DNA from: an uncultured Gemmatimonadales bacterium
GTDB taxonomy: Bacteria > Gemmatimonadota > Gemmatimonadetes > Longimicrobiales > RSA9
Length of the DNA stretch: 64,000 nt
Reading direction: 5' to 3'
Assembly: GCA_963816355.1 (NCBI GenBank)
Contig: CAWFKH010000003.1
Location: 608,001 to 672,000, forward strand
The notes below the pieces were generated by a model, which did no database searches, was not told the DNA's origin, and worked only from the letters and a program-made list of their open reading frames with translations. The position numbers were made by a program, and so were the translations under genes. This document shows positions 1-8,364 of this stretch, piece by piece. Position 1 is the stretch's first letter. Each line of letters opens with the position of its first letter.

Positions 1-1
1 C

Positions 2-757
2 CTCGCCGAGGACACGCGCCACACGCGCCGCCTGCTCGCCCGCTACGACGTCGAAACAGCGCTCGTCTCGCTGCACGAGCACAACGAGGCCGCCCGCATC
101 GAGCGCGTGCTCGCCTGGCTCGACGCGGGCGAGAGCCTCGCGCTCGTGAGCGACGCCGGCACGCCGCTGCTCTCCGATCCCGGCGCCCGCGTCGTGGCCG
201 CCGCCCTGGAGGCGGGCCACACCGTGGCGCCGGTGCCGGGGCCGTCCGCGCTGCTCGCCGCGCTCGCGGCGGCGGGTCTGGCGACGGAGCCGTTCACCTT
301 CTTCGGCTTCCTGCCGCGCTCCGGCCGCGAGCGCGGCGAGCGTCTCGAGGAGATCGGCCGCACGGCTCACACCGTCGTGCTCTACGAGGCGCCGACCCGG
401 CTGGCGCGGCTGCTCGCCGACCTCGCCGGCGCGTGCGGCGGCGAGCGCAGCGCGGTGGTGGCGCGGGAGATGACGAAGGTGCACGAGGAGTTCCGCCGCG
501 GAACCCTCGTGGCTCTTGTCGCCTATTACGAGGAGCGGGAGGCGCGCGGGGAAATCGTGGTGGTGCTGGGACCGTCGCCGGCTCGGGCCGCGGAGGAGTC
601 CGCGGCCGTCGAGGCGGCGGCGCGCGTTCTGGCCCGGGACCTGCTCCGCGACGGCGCGAGGCCGAGCGCCGTCGCTCGGGAGTTGGTGCGTCGCTTCTCG
701 CTGCCACGCAACCTCTCGTATCGGATCGCTCAGGAGACCGCGGAGAAAGCCGGATGA
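2..757 (+). CDS. rsmI: 16S rRNA (cytidine1402-2'-O)-methyltransferase RsmI, 5'-truncated by the window edge
   Basis: Frame open from base 2: LAEDTRHT..LHEHNE..LALVSDAGTPLLSDPG..PGPSA..FFGFLPR..YEAP..REMTKVHEEF, all typical RsmI motifs. Confidence 0.95.
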   Translation, partial: LAEDTRHTRRLLARYDVETALVSLHEHNEAARIERVLAWLDAGESLALVSDAGTPLLSDPGARVVAAALEAGHTVAPVPGPSALLAALAAAGLATEPFTFFGFLPRSGRERGERLEEIGRTAHTVVLYEAPTRLARLLADLAGACGGERSAVVAREMTKVHEEFRRGTLVALVAYYEEREARGEIVVVLGPSPARAAEESAAVEAAARVLARDLLRDGARPSAVARELVRRFSLPRNLSYRIAQETAEKAG

Positions 758-1467
758 AGCTCCGCCCCACCGCAGGCCGCACGATCCTCGTCGCCGCCGT
801 CGCGCTCGCCGCCGTGCCCGCGCGCGCCGCCGAGGGCCACGCCGTGCGAACGCGCACGGCCGACGCGCCGATCACCATCGCGCGCCTCCACTACGACGGC
901 GGCGGCGACTGGTACGGCAACCCGTCCTCGCTGCCGAACCTGCTGCACGCGATCGCGACGCGGACCGGCGTGCCGGTGGCGCCGCGCGCGGTGGACGTCC
1001 GGCTCACGGATCCCGACCTGTGGAACTATCCGTACCTGTACGCCACCGGCCACGGCAACATCCACTTCAGCGACGCCGAGGTGAAGGCACTGCGCGCATA
1101 CCTGCTCGCCGGTGGCTTCTTCCACGCCGACGACAACTACGGCCTGGACGAGAGCTTCCGGCGCGAGATCGCGCGCGTCTTTCCCGAGGACAAGCTGGTC
1201 GACGTGCCGCTCGACCACGCGATCTACCACGATTTCTACGACTTCCCGAAGGGGATCCCGAAGGTCCACTACCACGACGGCCTGCCCGCCGAAGGGCTCG
1301 GCATCTTCCACGACGGCCGCCTCGTCGTCTACTACAGCTATCAGTCCGACCTCGGTGACGGCTGGGAGGACCCCGAAGTGCACCACGACCCGCCCGCCAT
1401 TCGCGAGGCCGCGCTGCGCATGGGGGTCAACCTCTTCCTCTTCGCCCTTTCGCAGGTGAGCCGTTGA
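754..1467 (+). CDS. DUF4159-family exported protein
   Basis: ATG 754 overlaps the rsmI stop (ATGA); signal peptide; motifs IARLHYDGGGDWYGNPSSLPNL, YPYLYATGHG, GGFFHADDNYG, DLGDGWED, ALRMGVN. Confidence 0.8.
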   Translation: MKLRPTAGRTILVAAVALAAVPARAAEGHAVRTRTADAPITIARLHYDGGGDWYGNPSSLPNLLHAIATRTGVPVAPRAVDVRLTDPDLWNYPYLYATGHGNIHFSDAEVKALRAYLLAGGFFHADDNYGLDESFRREIARVFPEDKLVDVPLDHAIYHDFYDFPKGIPKVHYHDGLPAEGLGIFHDGRLVVYYSYQSDLGDGWEDPEVHHDPPAIREAALRMGVNLFLFALSQVSR

Positions 1468-4400
1468 GTCCCGCTCCGACCGATCTGCGCGCCCTGTTCC
1501 GCGCCGCCGCGCGCGGCGTGCGGCGCGACGCCCTGCTCGCCGCGATCGCGGTCGTCGCCGCCGTCGCGCCCGCCACGCTCCTCCTCGCGTGGGCGATCGG
1601 CTCGCGGCCCGCCTGGGCCGCCCCCTCGCCGTGGCCGCTCGTCGCGGATCTCGCCGCCATCGCCGCCGCCGCCGGCGCGGCCCTCTGGGCCCGTCGCCGC
1701 TGGGTCGACGACGCCTCCGCCGACCGCGTCGGCGCCGCCGCCGAGCGCGCGCGCGGCCTTCCGGCCGGCGCGTTGCGCGGCGTGCTGGAGCTCGCCGAGG
1801 CGCTCCCGCGCGGCACCTCCGCGGAGCTGGCGCGCGGCGCCGAGGCGCGTCTTCGCAGGCTCCTCGCGGGTGCCGATCCGCGCGCGCTGGGCGGCGACGT
1901 CGGCCGGCGCAGCCGTCGTCGCCGGCGCGGCGCCGTCGCCGGGCTGGTCGCTCTCGCCTCGGTCGCGGCGGCCGTCGGCTTCACCTCGCCTCGCCGCGCG
2001 CGCGCCGGCTGGTCGCCGCTGCTGCGGCCGGTGAGCACGCTTTCCGCGCCGCCGCTTCCGCCGCTCCTCGTCGAGCCCGGCAACGCGCAGGTGCGGCGTG
2101 GCGCGGCGCTCCCGGTGCGCGTGCGCGCCCCCGGCCGGTCCAGCGTCCGGCTGGCGTGGCAGCCGGAGGGGGACGTGCGCCACGATCGCGAGCTGCAGGT
2201 GCTGAGCGGGGCCGCCACCTCCGGCATCCCGGCGATCGACGCGCGCACCCGCTACTGGGTCGAGGCGCCGGACGGCGCGGTGTCGGACACCTTCGCGGTC
2301 ACGCCGGAAGCCGCGCTGTTGGTGGCCTCGCTCTCGATCGAGCTGCGCTATCCGGCGTACCTGCGGCGGGAGCCGGAGCGGTTCGAGGGTGAGGTGCCGT
2401 CGCTCGACGTGCCGGAAGGCGCTTCGATCACGTTCCGCGGCCATGCCACGCGGCCGCTCGGCGCGGTGCGGCTCGTGCGCGCCGACAGCGCGGCGCCGCG
2501 CGTCGTCGTCGACGTGCCGAGCGAGGGCGCCGACTTCAGCGGGCGCTGGACGCCGCGCGAGAGCGGGCGCTACGAGTGGCGCATCCGGGGCGCGGACGAC
2601 GCGCCGGCGGAAGTCGAGCCCGCTCCGCTCGACGTGCGGCTGCTCGCCGACGCGGCGCCCGCGGCGCAGCTCACCTATCCGGGCGTCGACACGGTGCTCA
2701 CGGCGGAGATGCGGCAGCCGCTCGCGGTGAGCGCCGCCGACGACCACGGCGTCGCCGCCGCGGAGCTGGTGAGTTGGCGCGTCAGCGCGCTGGGGGACGA
2801 GGGGGCGCGCGTGAGGCAGCGGCTCGACGTCGAGGGCGACCCGGAGCGCGTGCTGCTGCAGGGCCTGCTCGACGCGAGCGGCCGCGGCCTCCTCCCCGGC
2901 GACACGCTCTTCTACTTCGTCCGTGTGACCGACAACTCGCCGCGCGCGCAGACCGGCGTGACGCGGACGTACCGGCTGCGGCTGCCGAGCATGGCGGAGC
3001 GCCGCGAGGATGTCGCTCGCAACGTGGACGACGCGCTCGACCGGGCGCGGCAGGCGGCGGACGAGGCGCGCGACCTGGAGAAGGCGACGAGCGACCTGGC
3101 CCGGCGCGGTGTGGGCGGCCAGTCGCAGGCCGGCGCACCCGAGCCCGGCGGCTCGCCGCAGCGGCCGGGCTCGCGCTCCGGCGACAAGCTCGACTTCGCG
3201 CAGGCGCAGGAGGCGCAGAAGGTGATGGAGCGGCAGGAGAAGCTGCTCCAGCAGGCCGAGTCGCTGCAGAAGTCGACCGACGCGCTGCGCAAGTCGATGG
3301 AGGCGGCGGGCCTCGCCGACCCGGAGCTGAAGAAGCGGTTGGACGAGCTGTCCAAGCTGTACCAGGACGTGCTCACGCCGGAGCTGCGCGCCAGGCTGGA
3401 CGCGTTGAAGCAGGCGCTCGCCAGGCTCGACCCGGAGCGGGTGAACGAGGCGCTCTCGCAGCTCTCGCAGAACCAGCAGGAGTTTCGCCAGCAGATGGAG
3501 GAGAGCCTGCAGCTCCTCCGCCGCGCCGCGGCCGAGCAGCAGATGAGCGCGACGGCGCAGGAGGCACGCGAGCTCGCCGCCGAGCAGCGCTCCCTCTCCG
3601 ACGCGATGCGGCAGGATCCGCCGCCGGACGCGGCGAGGCGCGAGGACGACCTCGCCGGCCGCGCATCCGAGCTGCGGCAGGGGATGCAGGATCTGCAGAA
3701 GCGGCTCGAGGCGCAGGGCGAGAAGGCGACCGCCGCGAAGACGCAGGATGCCGGCGACCTCGCCGACCAGGCGAAGAGCGCGATGCAGCAGGCGTCCGCA
3801 GCGGCCGCGGGGAAACAGCCGCAGCAGGCTTCACAGAGCGGCGCGCAGGCCGCCTCTCGCCTCGAGAGCGCCGCCTCCACCCTCGAGCAGTCCCGCGACC
3901 GCATGGCGGCCGCGTGGCGCAAGGAGGTGCAGCAGGCGGTGGATCAGGCGGCGAGCGACGCGCTGGCGCTCGCCGAGCGCCAGAACGCGCTGCTCCAGGA
4001 GATGAAGGAGGCCGCGGCCCACCCGGGATCCCGCTCTGTGAGCGCATCGCCGCGGCCGCCGCAGGGCACCCGGGCGGACCAGCCGCCGGTGCCGCCGCAG
4101 CCCCGCCCGCCTTCGCCGCCGCAGTCCGGCCAGTCCGGCCAGTCCGGCCAGTCGCCGTCTCCGTCGCAGGCGGAGAAGCAGGGCGCGAAGAGCGGCGGGA
4201 AGACCGGGGCGCAGCAGGGCGGAAAGCAGGCGGGCGGCCAGTCCGGCGAGGCGCCGGGGCGAGGCGCCCCGCAGCAGCCGCAGCAGGCGGAGGGATCCGC
4301 GTCGCGCGCTTCGTCGGGCTCGGCGTCGTCGTCTGCCTCGGCCGGTTCGGGGACGTCCGGCTCCGCGCCGCAGCCGGTGCCTTCCGCGCCGAGCGACCCC

Positions 4401-5252
4401 GCGTCGATCCGCGCCGAGCAGGCGGCGGTGCAGCAGGGCCTGGAGGCGCTCGGCCGCAACCTGGCGGAAGCGGGGCGGCGCTCCGCGATGGTCAACCGCG
4501 ACGTGGGCGCGGCCCTCGGCCGGGCGGCGTTGAGCATGCGCCGCACGGTGGAGGCGATGGAGGACCGGCAGGGCGAGCGGCGCCTGCCGGTGCCGGAGGC
4601 GACGCGCTCGCTCGACGCGCTGAACCGGCTGGCGCTGTCGCTTCTCGGCAACCAGCAGGAGATCGCCCAGTCGCAGGCGGGCACCGGTCTGCAGCAGGCG
4701 CTCGAGCAGCTCGCCCGCATGGCGCAGCAGCAGGGCTCGCTGAACGCGCAGACGGGCTCGCTGCTGCCGCTCCAGCTCCAGGCGGGCGCGATGAAGTCCG
4801 GGCTGCAGCGGATCGCGCAGAGCCAGCGCGGCATCTCGCGCCAGCTCGACCAGGTGGGCAAGCAGGCGGGCAGCGAGGGGCTGCTCGGCGACGTCGAGGC
4901 GATGAAGCAGGAGTCGGATCGCCTCGCGCGCGACCTCGAGGGCGGCCGCATCACGCCGGAGATCCGGCAGCGTCAGGAGACGCTGTTCCATCGTCTCCTC
5001 GACGCCGGCCATACGCTCGAGCGCGACGAGGTCAGCCAGGAGCGCGTCGCCGAGCGGCCCGGCGACACGCCGGTCCTGCACGTCGCGCCGCTCGATCCCG
5101 CCCGCGTCGGGAGCGCCGTCCGCTACCCCGCGCCCGATCCGGAGCAGCTCCGCGGCCTGCCGCCCGCCTACCGCCGCCTCATCCTCGAGTACTTCGAGCG
5201 GCTCAACCGCGCCCAGCCCCCCGCCGGTCCGTCGCCGGAGGGCCGACCGTGA
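1464..5252 (+). CDS. Large membrane-anchored coiled-coil protein (DUF4175-like)
   Basis: 1262 aa; 3 N-terminal hydrophobic segments, beta-rich middle (YPAYL, DDHGV, VTDNSP), long Q/E/A-rich coiled coil, C-terminal LPPAYRRLILEYFERL; overlaps both neighbours by 4 nt. Confidence 0.7.
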   Translation: MSPAPTDLRALFRAAARGVRRDALLAAIAVVAAVAPATLLLAWAIGSRPAWAAPSPWPLVADLAAIAAAAGAALWARRRWVDDASADRVGAAAERARGLPAGALRGVLELAEALPRGTSAELARGAEARLRRLLAGADPRALGGDVGRRSRRRRRGAVAGLVALASVAAAVGFTSPRRARAGWSPLLRPVSTLSAPPLPPLLVEPGNAQVRRGAALPVRVRAPGRSSVRLAWQPEGDVRHDRELQVLSGAATSGIPAIDARTRYWVEAPDGAVSDTFAVTPEAALLVASLSIELRYPAYLRREPERFEGEVPSLDVPEGASITFRGHATRPLGAVRLVRADSAAPRVVVDVPSEGADFSGRWTPRESGRYEWRIRGADDAPAEVEPAPLDVRLLADAAPAAQLTYPGVDTVLTAEMRQPLAVSAADDHGVAAAELVSWRVSALGDEGARVRQRLDVEGDPERVLLQGLLDASGRGLLPGDTLFYFVRVTDNSPRAQTGVTRTYRLRLPSMAERREDVARNVDDALDRARQAADEARDLEKATSDLARRGVGGQSQAGAPEPGGSPQRPGSRSGDKLDFAQAQEAQKVMERQEKLLQQAESLQKSTDALRKSMEAAGLADPELKKRLDELSKLYQDVLTPELRARLDALKQALARLDPERVNEALSQLSQNQQEFRQQMEESLQLLRRAAAEQQMSATAQEARELAAEQRSLSDAMRQDPPPDAARREDDLAGRASELRQGMQDLQKRLEAQGEKATAAKTQDAGDLADQAKSAMQQASAAAAGKQPQQASQSGAQAASRLESAASTLEQSRDRMAAAWRKEVQQAVDQAASDALALAERQNALLQEMKEAAAHPGSRSVSASPRPPQGTRADQPPVPPQPRPPSPPQSGQSGQSGQSPSPSQAEKQGAKSGGKTGAQQGGKQAGGQSGEAPGRGAPQQPQQAEGSASRASSGSASSSASAGSGTSGSAPQPVPSAPSDPASIRAEQAAVQQGLEALGRNLAEAGRRSAMVNRDVGAALGRAALSMRRTVEAMEDRQGERRLPVPEATRSLDALNRLALSLLGNQQEIAQSQAGTGLQQALEQLARMAQQQGSLNAQTGSLLPLQLQAGAMKSGLQRIAQSQRGISRQLDQVGKQAGSEGLLGDVEAMKQESDRLARDLEGGRITPEIRQRQETLFHRLLDAGHTLERDEVSQERVAERPGDTPVLHVAPLDPARVGSAVRYPAPDPEQLRGLPPAYRRLILEYFERLNRAQPPAGPSPEGRP

Positions 5253-7084
5253 ACCGCGCCGCGGGGGGCGGCGCGCGCCGTTCGACGCGCGCCCGCTGGC
5301 GTGTCGCGGCGGCGTCGCTGATCGTCACGACGTCGCGGCTGGTGGCGATGTCGATGATCGCGGCCGTGGCGCTCGGGGCGCAGGAGCCGCCACCCGCGAG
5401 CTCGCCGCTCGACCTGCTGCACGAGGCGACCGCACGCCAGAACGCGGGTGACTTCCCGGGCGCCGAAGCGCTCCTGCAGGAGGCGCTGCAGAAGGACGCG
5501 ACTTCGCTCGGCGCGCTGATCTCGATGGAGCGCCTGCTGCGCATCGACGGCCACCTCGACAGGATGATCCCGATCGTCCAGGCGCACTTGCGGGCCGTGC
5601 CCGCTTCCCCGATCGGACACCAGATGCTGCTCCGCATCTACTCGGACCTCGACCGCCCGAAGGAGTTCGACGCGGCCGCGCACGCCTGGATCGAGGCGGC
5701 GCCGTCGACCGAGACGCCGTACCGCGAGATCGCGCGCCTGCGCGAGCTCCGCGGCGACACCGGCGGCGCGCTCGAGACGCTGCTGCGCGGGCGCGAGCGA
5801 CTCGGTGCGGACGCGCTCTCGCTCGAGATCGGCGCCACGGAGGCGGAGGTGGGGCGGCCGGACGATGCGATCCGCGAGCTGGCCGGCGCCATTGGCCGCG
5901 ACGGCGCGCACTTCATGGCGGTCCGCCGGCGCCTCTCCGCGCTGCCGGACGGCGGCGCCTCCGTAATGGCCGGCCTCGTCGATGCGCTGGTGCGCGATCC
6001 GACGTCGCCCGCCCGCCGGCGCGCCGCCGCCGAGCTCGCCGTCGACGCGGGCCTCGAGGCGCAGGCGGTGCGCATCGCGCCCCGGGTCGCGGCCGATCTC
6101 GACGGCATCGAGCGCGAGCGGTTCCTCGTCGAGATCTCGCGTCGCGCCGAGTCCGCGCAGTTGCCCCGCGTCGCGTTCTGGGGGTACAACGAACTTCTCG
6201 CCTCCGGCGACTCGACGCTGCAGCCCGCCGCGCTGCGCGGCCGCATCGCCGAGCTGGCGCTGCTCGTCGGCGACACCGCGCGGGCGCGCCGCGGCCTCGA
6301 GCAGGCCGGCGACGACGGCGCCGTCGGCGACGCGCTCGTTCGCCGCCGCGCCGCAGCGCAGGAGGTACGCCTCGCGCTCGCCCGCTCGGACGCGGACGGC
6401 GCCCGCAAGGCGTACGCCGCGTTCCGCGGCCGCTTCCCGCGCGCCTCCGAGAACGACGCCCTCGCCGCCGACCTGGCCCGCCTGCTGCTCCGCACGGGCC
6501 GCGACGACGACGCGCAGGCGGTGCTCGACAGCGCTTCCGGTCCCGCCGTCGCCCTGGTGCGCGCCCGGCTCGAGCTCGAGGCGGGCAAGAGCGACGCCGC
6601 GCGCGCCGACTACCTCGCGGCCGCGCCCGGTCTGTACGGTGCCGACGCCACCGACGCGATCGAGATCGCGCGCCTGCTGGGCCGCATCACGCCGCGGGCG
6701 GGCGGCCTCGTGGGCCGCGCCCTTCGCCTGCGCGACGAGGGGAAGGCGGGCGAAGCGGCGGCGGCGCTCGTCGCGCCGGCGAGCGGCGCGTCGAAGGAGG
6801 ACGAGCCGGTGCTGCTCTCCTTCGCCGCTCGCATCGCCGCCGACGGCGGCCTGGAAGGCGAGGCGGAGCAGCTCTGGCGCACCCTGATCGACCAGTTCCC
6901 GGACGCGCTCGACACGCCGGCCGCGCTGCTCGCGCTCGGCCGCGCGCTGGCCGAGCGGCCGGAGTCGGTCGCGGAAGCGAAGCAGCTTCTCCAGAAGCTG
7001 GTCCTCGAGCACCCGCGGAGCGCCCTCGCGCCCCAGGCGCGGCGGGAGCTCGAGCGCATCGATCGACGCATCCCGCGGTCGTAG
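5249..7084 (+). CDS. Exported tetratricopeptide-repeat / alpha-solenoid protein
   Basis: GTG 5249 overlaps the upstream stop (alternative ATG ~5348); signal-like N-terminus; TPR-like helices; C-terminal LIDQFPDA..LVLEHPRSALAPQARREL typical of BamD/YbgF-like TPRs. Confidence 0.7.
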   Translation: MNRAAGGGARRSTRARWRVAAASLIVTTSRLVAMSMIAAVALGAQEPPPASSPLDLLHEATARQNAGDFPGAEALLQEALQKDATSLGALISMERLLRIDGHLDRMIPIVQAHLRAVPASPIGHQMLLRIYSDLDRPKEFDAAAHAWIEAAPSTETPYREIARLRELRGDTGGALETLLRGRERLGADALSLEIGATEAEVGRPDDAIRELAGAIGRDGAHFMAVRRRLSALPDGGASVMAGLVDALVRDPTSPARRRAAAELAVDAGLEAQAVRIAPRVAADLDGIERERFLVEISRRAESAQLPRVAFWGYNELLASGDSTLQPAALRGRIAELALLVGDTARARRGLEQAGDDGAVGDALVRRRAAAQEVRLALARSDADGARKAYAAFRGRFPRASENDALAADLARLLLRTGRDDDAQAVLDSASGPAVALVRARLELEAGKSDAARADYLAAAPGLYGADATDAIEIARLLGRITPRAGGLVGRALRLRDEGKAGEAAAALVAPASGASKEDEPVLLSFAARIAADGGLEGEAEQLWRTLIDQFPDALDTPAALLALGRALAERPESVAEAKQLLQKLVLEHPRSALAPQARRELERIDRRIPRS

Positions 7085-7097
7085 AAGAGACGGAATC

Positions 7098-8351
7098 ATG
7101 CGAATCGGAACCGCCCTCCTCGCCCTCGTGCTGCTCGCCGCGCCGCTCGGCGCGCAGCAGCTCCTCGTGCCGATGGACGAGGCGCAGAGCAATCAGCTCA
7201 AGGCGTACGGCCTCACCTACTGGGTGCTCGAGCAGGGGCTCACGGCGGAGTGGCTACTCAACTACCGGGCGGGCTCGTTCCTGCTGCCGGACCGGCCGGA
7301 GATCCGGCGCGAGGCGTCGCTCCGCGGCGTTTCCTTCGAGACGGTGTCGAGCGGCGACGTCGCCCAGATCAAGCAGACGATCGCCGCTTCGAACATGGAC
7401 ACGGTCGTGCTCGAGAAGGCGCCCAGGATCGCCGTCTACACGCCGCCCGACACGCGGCCGTGGGACGACGCCGTCACGCTCGCGTTGACCTACGCCCAGA
7501 TCCCCTACGACAAGATCTTCGACCGGGACGTGCTGCAGGGGAAGCTGAAAGAGTACGACTGGCTCCACCTCCACCACGAGGATTTCACCGGCCAGTACTC
7601 GAAGTTCTACATCAACTACGCCGGCGCGCCCTGGCTGCAGGAGGAAGTCCGCGACAACCAGAAGCTCGCCACGGACCTCGGCTACGCGAACGTGCCGGCC
7701 GAGAAGAAGGCGGTCGCCGAGACGATCCGCCAGTTCGTCGCGGGCGGCGGCTTCCTCTTCGCCATGTGCACCGCGACGGAGACGCTCGACCTCGCGCTCG
7801 CCGGTCACGGCGTCGACATCGCCGCCTCCTTCAGCGACGGCACGCCCGCCGACCGCAACGCGGATGCGCACATGGACTGGAACCGCGCGCTCGCCTTCGA
7901 GAACGCGCAGCTGCAGCTCAACCCCGCCGTGAACGCGTTCAGCGACATCGACGGCCATCAGGTGAACACGAACTGGCGCCAGCCGCTCGGCTCCTATACC
8001 CTCTTCGAGTTCAGCGCCAAGTTCGACCCGGTGCCGTCGATGCTCGTGCAGGACCAGGAGAGCGTGCTGCCGGACTTCTACGGCCTCACCACCAGCTTCC
8101 GCCGCGACCGCCTCAAGCCGGGCATCATCGTGCTCGCGCAGGAGGAGGGTACGCCCTGGGTGAAGTACATCCACGGCGACTACGGCAAGGGGACGTTCAC
8201 CTTCCTCGGCGGCCACGACCCGGAGGATCCGCAGCACCAGGTGGGCGATCCGCCCACCGACCTCGACCTCCACCGGCACTCGCCCGGCTACCGGCTCATC
8301 CTCAACAACGTCCTCTTCCCGGCCGCGAAGAAGAAGACGCTCAAGACGTAG
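7098..8351 (+). CDS. Conserved exported protein with class I glutamine-amidotransferase-like features
   Basis: Signal peptide (MRIGTALLALVLLAAPLGA-Q); PWDDAVTLALTYA, DWLHLHHEDFTGQY, GGFLFAMC, GGHDPED, GYRLILNNVLFPA; strong coding bias. Confidence 0.7.
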   Translation: MRIGTALLALVLLAAPLGAQQLLVPMDEAQSNQLKAYGLTYWVLEQGLTAEWLLNYRAGSFLLPDRPEIRREASLRGVSFETVSSGDVAQIKQTIAASNMDTVVLEKAPRIAVYTPPDTRPWDDAVTLALTYAQIPYDKIFDRDVLQGKLKEYDWLHLHHEDFTGQYSKFYINYAGAPWLQEEVRDNQKLATDLGYANVPAEKKAVAETIRQFVAGGGFLFAMCTATETLDLALAGHGVDIAASFSDGTPADRNADAHMDWNRALAFENAQLQLNPAVNAFSDIDGHQVNTNWRQPLGSYTLFEFSAKFDPVPSMLVQDQESVLPDFYGLTTSFRRDRLKPGIIVLAQEEGTPWVKYIHGDYGKGTFTFLGGHDPEDPQHQVGDPPTDLDLHRHSPGYRLILNNVLFPAAKKKTLKT

Positions 8352-8364
8352 GCCGGACCGCCGC

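Noticed and set aside
2576..5248. N-terminal 890 aa of the 1502-aa ORF
   Set aside because: Shadow frame of the 1464-5252 gene; only the part from 5249 is protein-like
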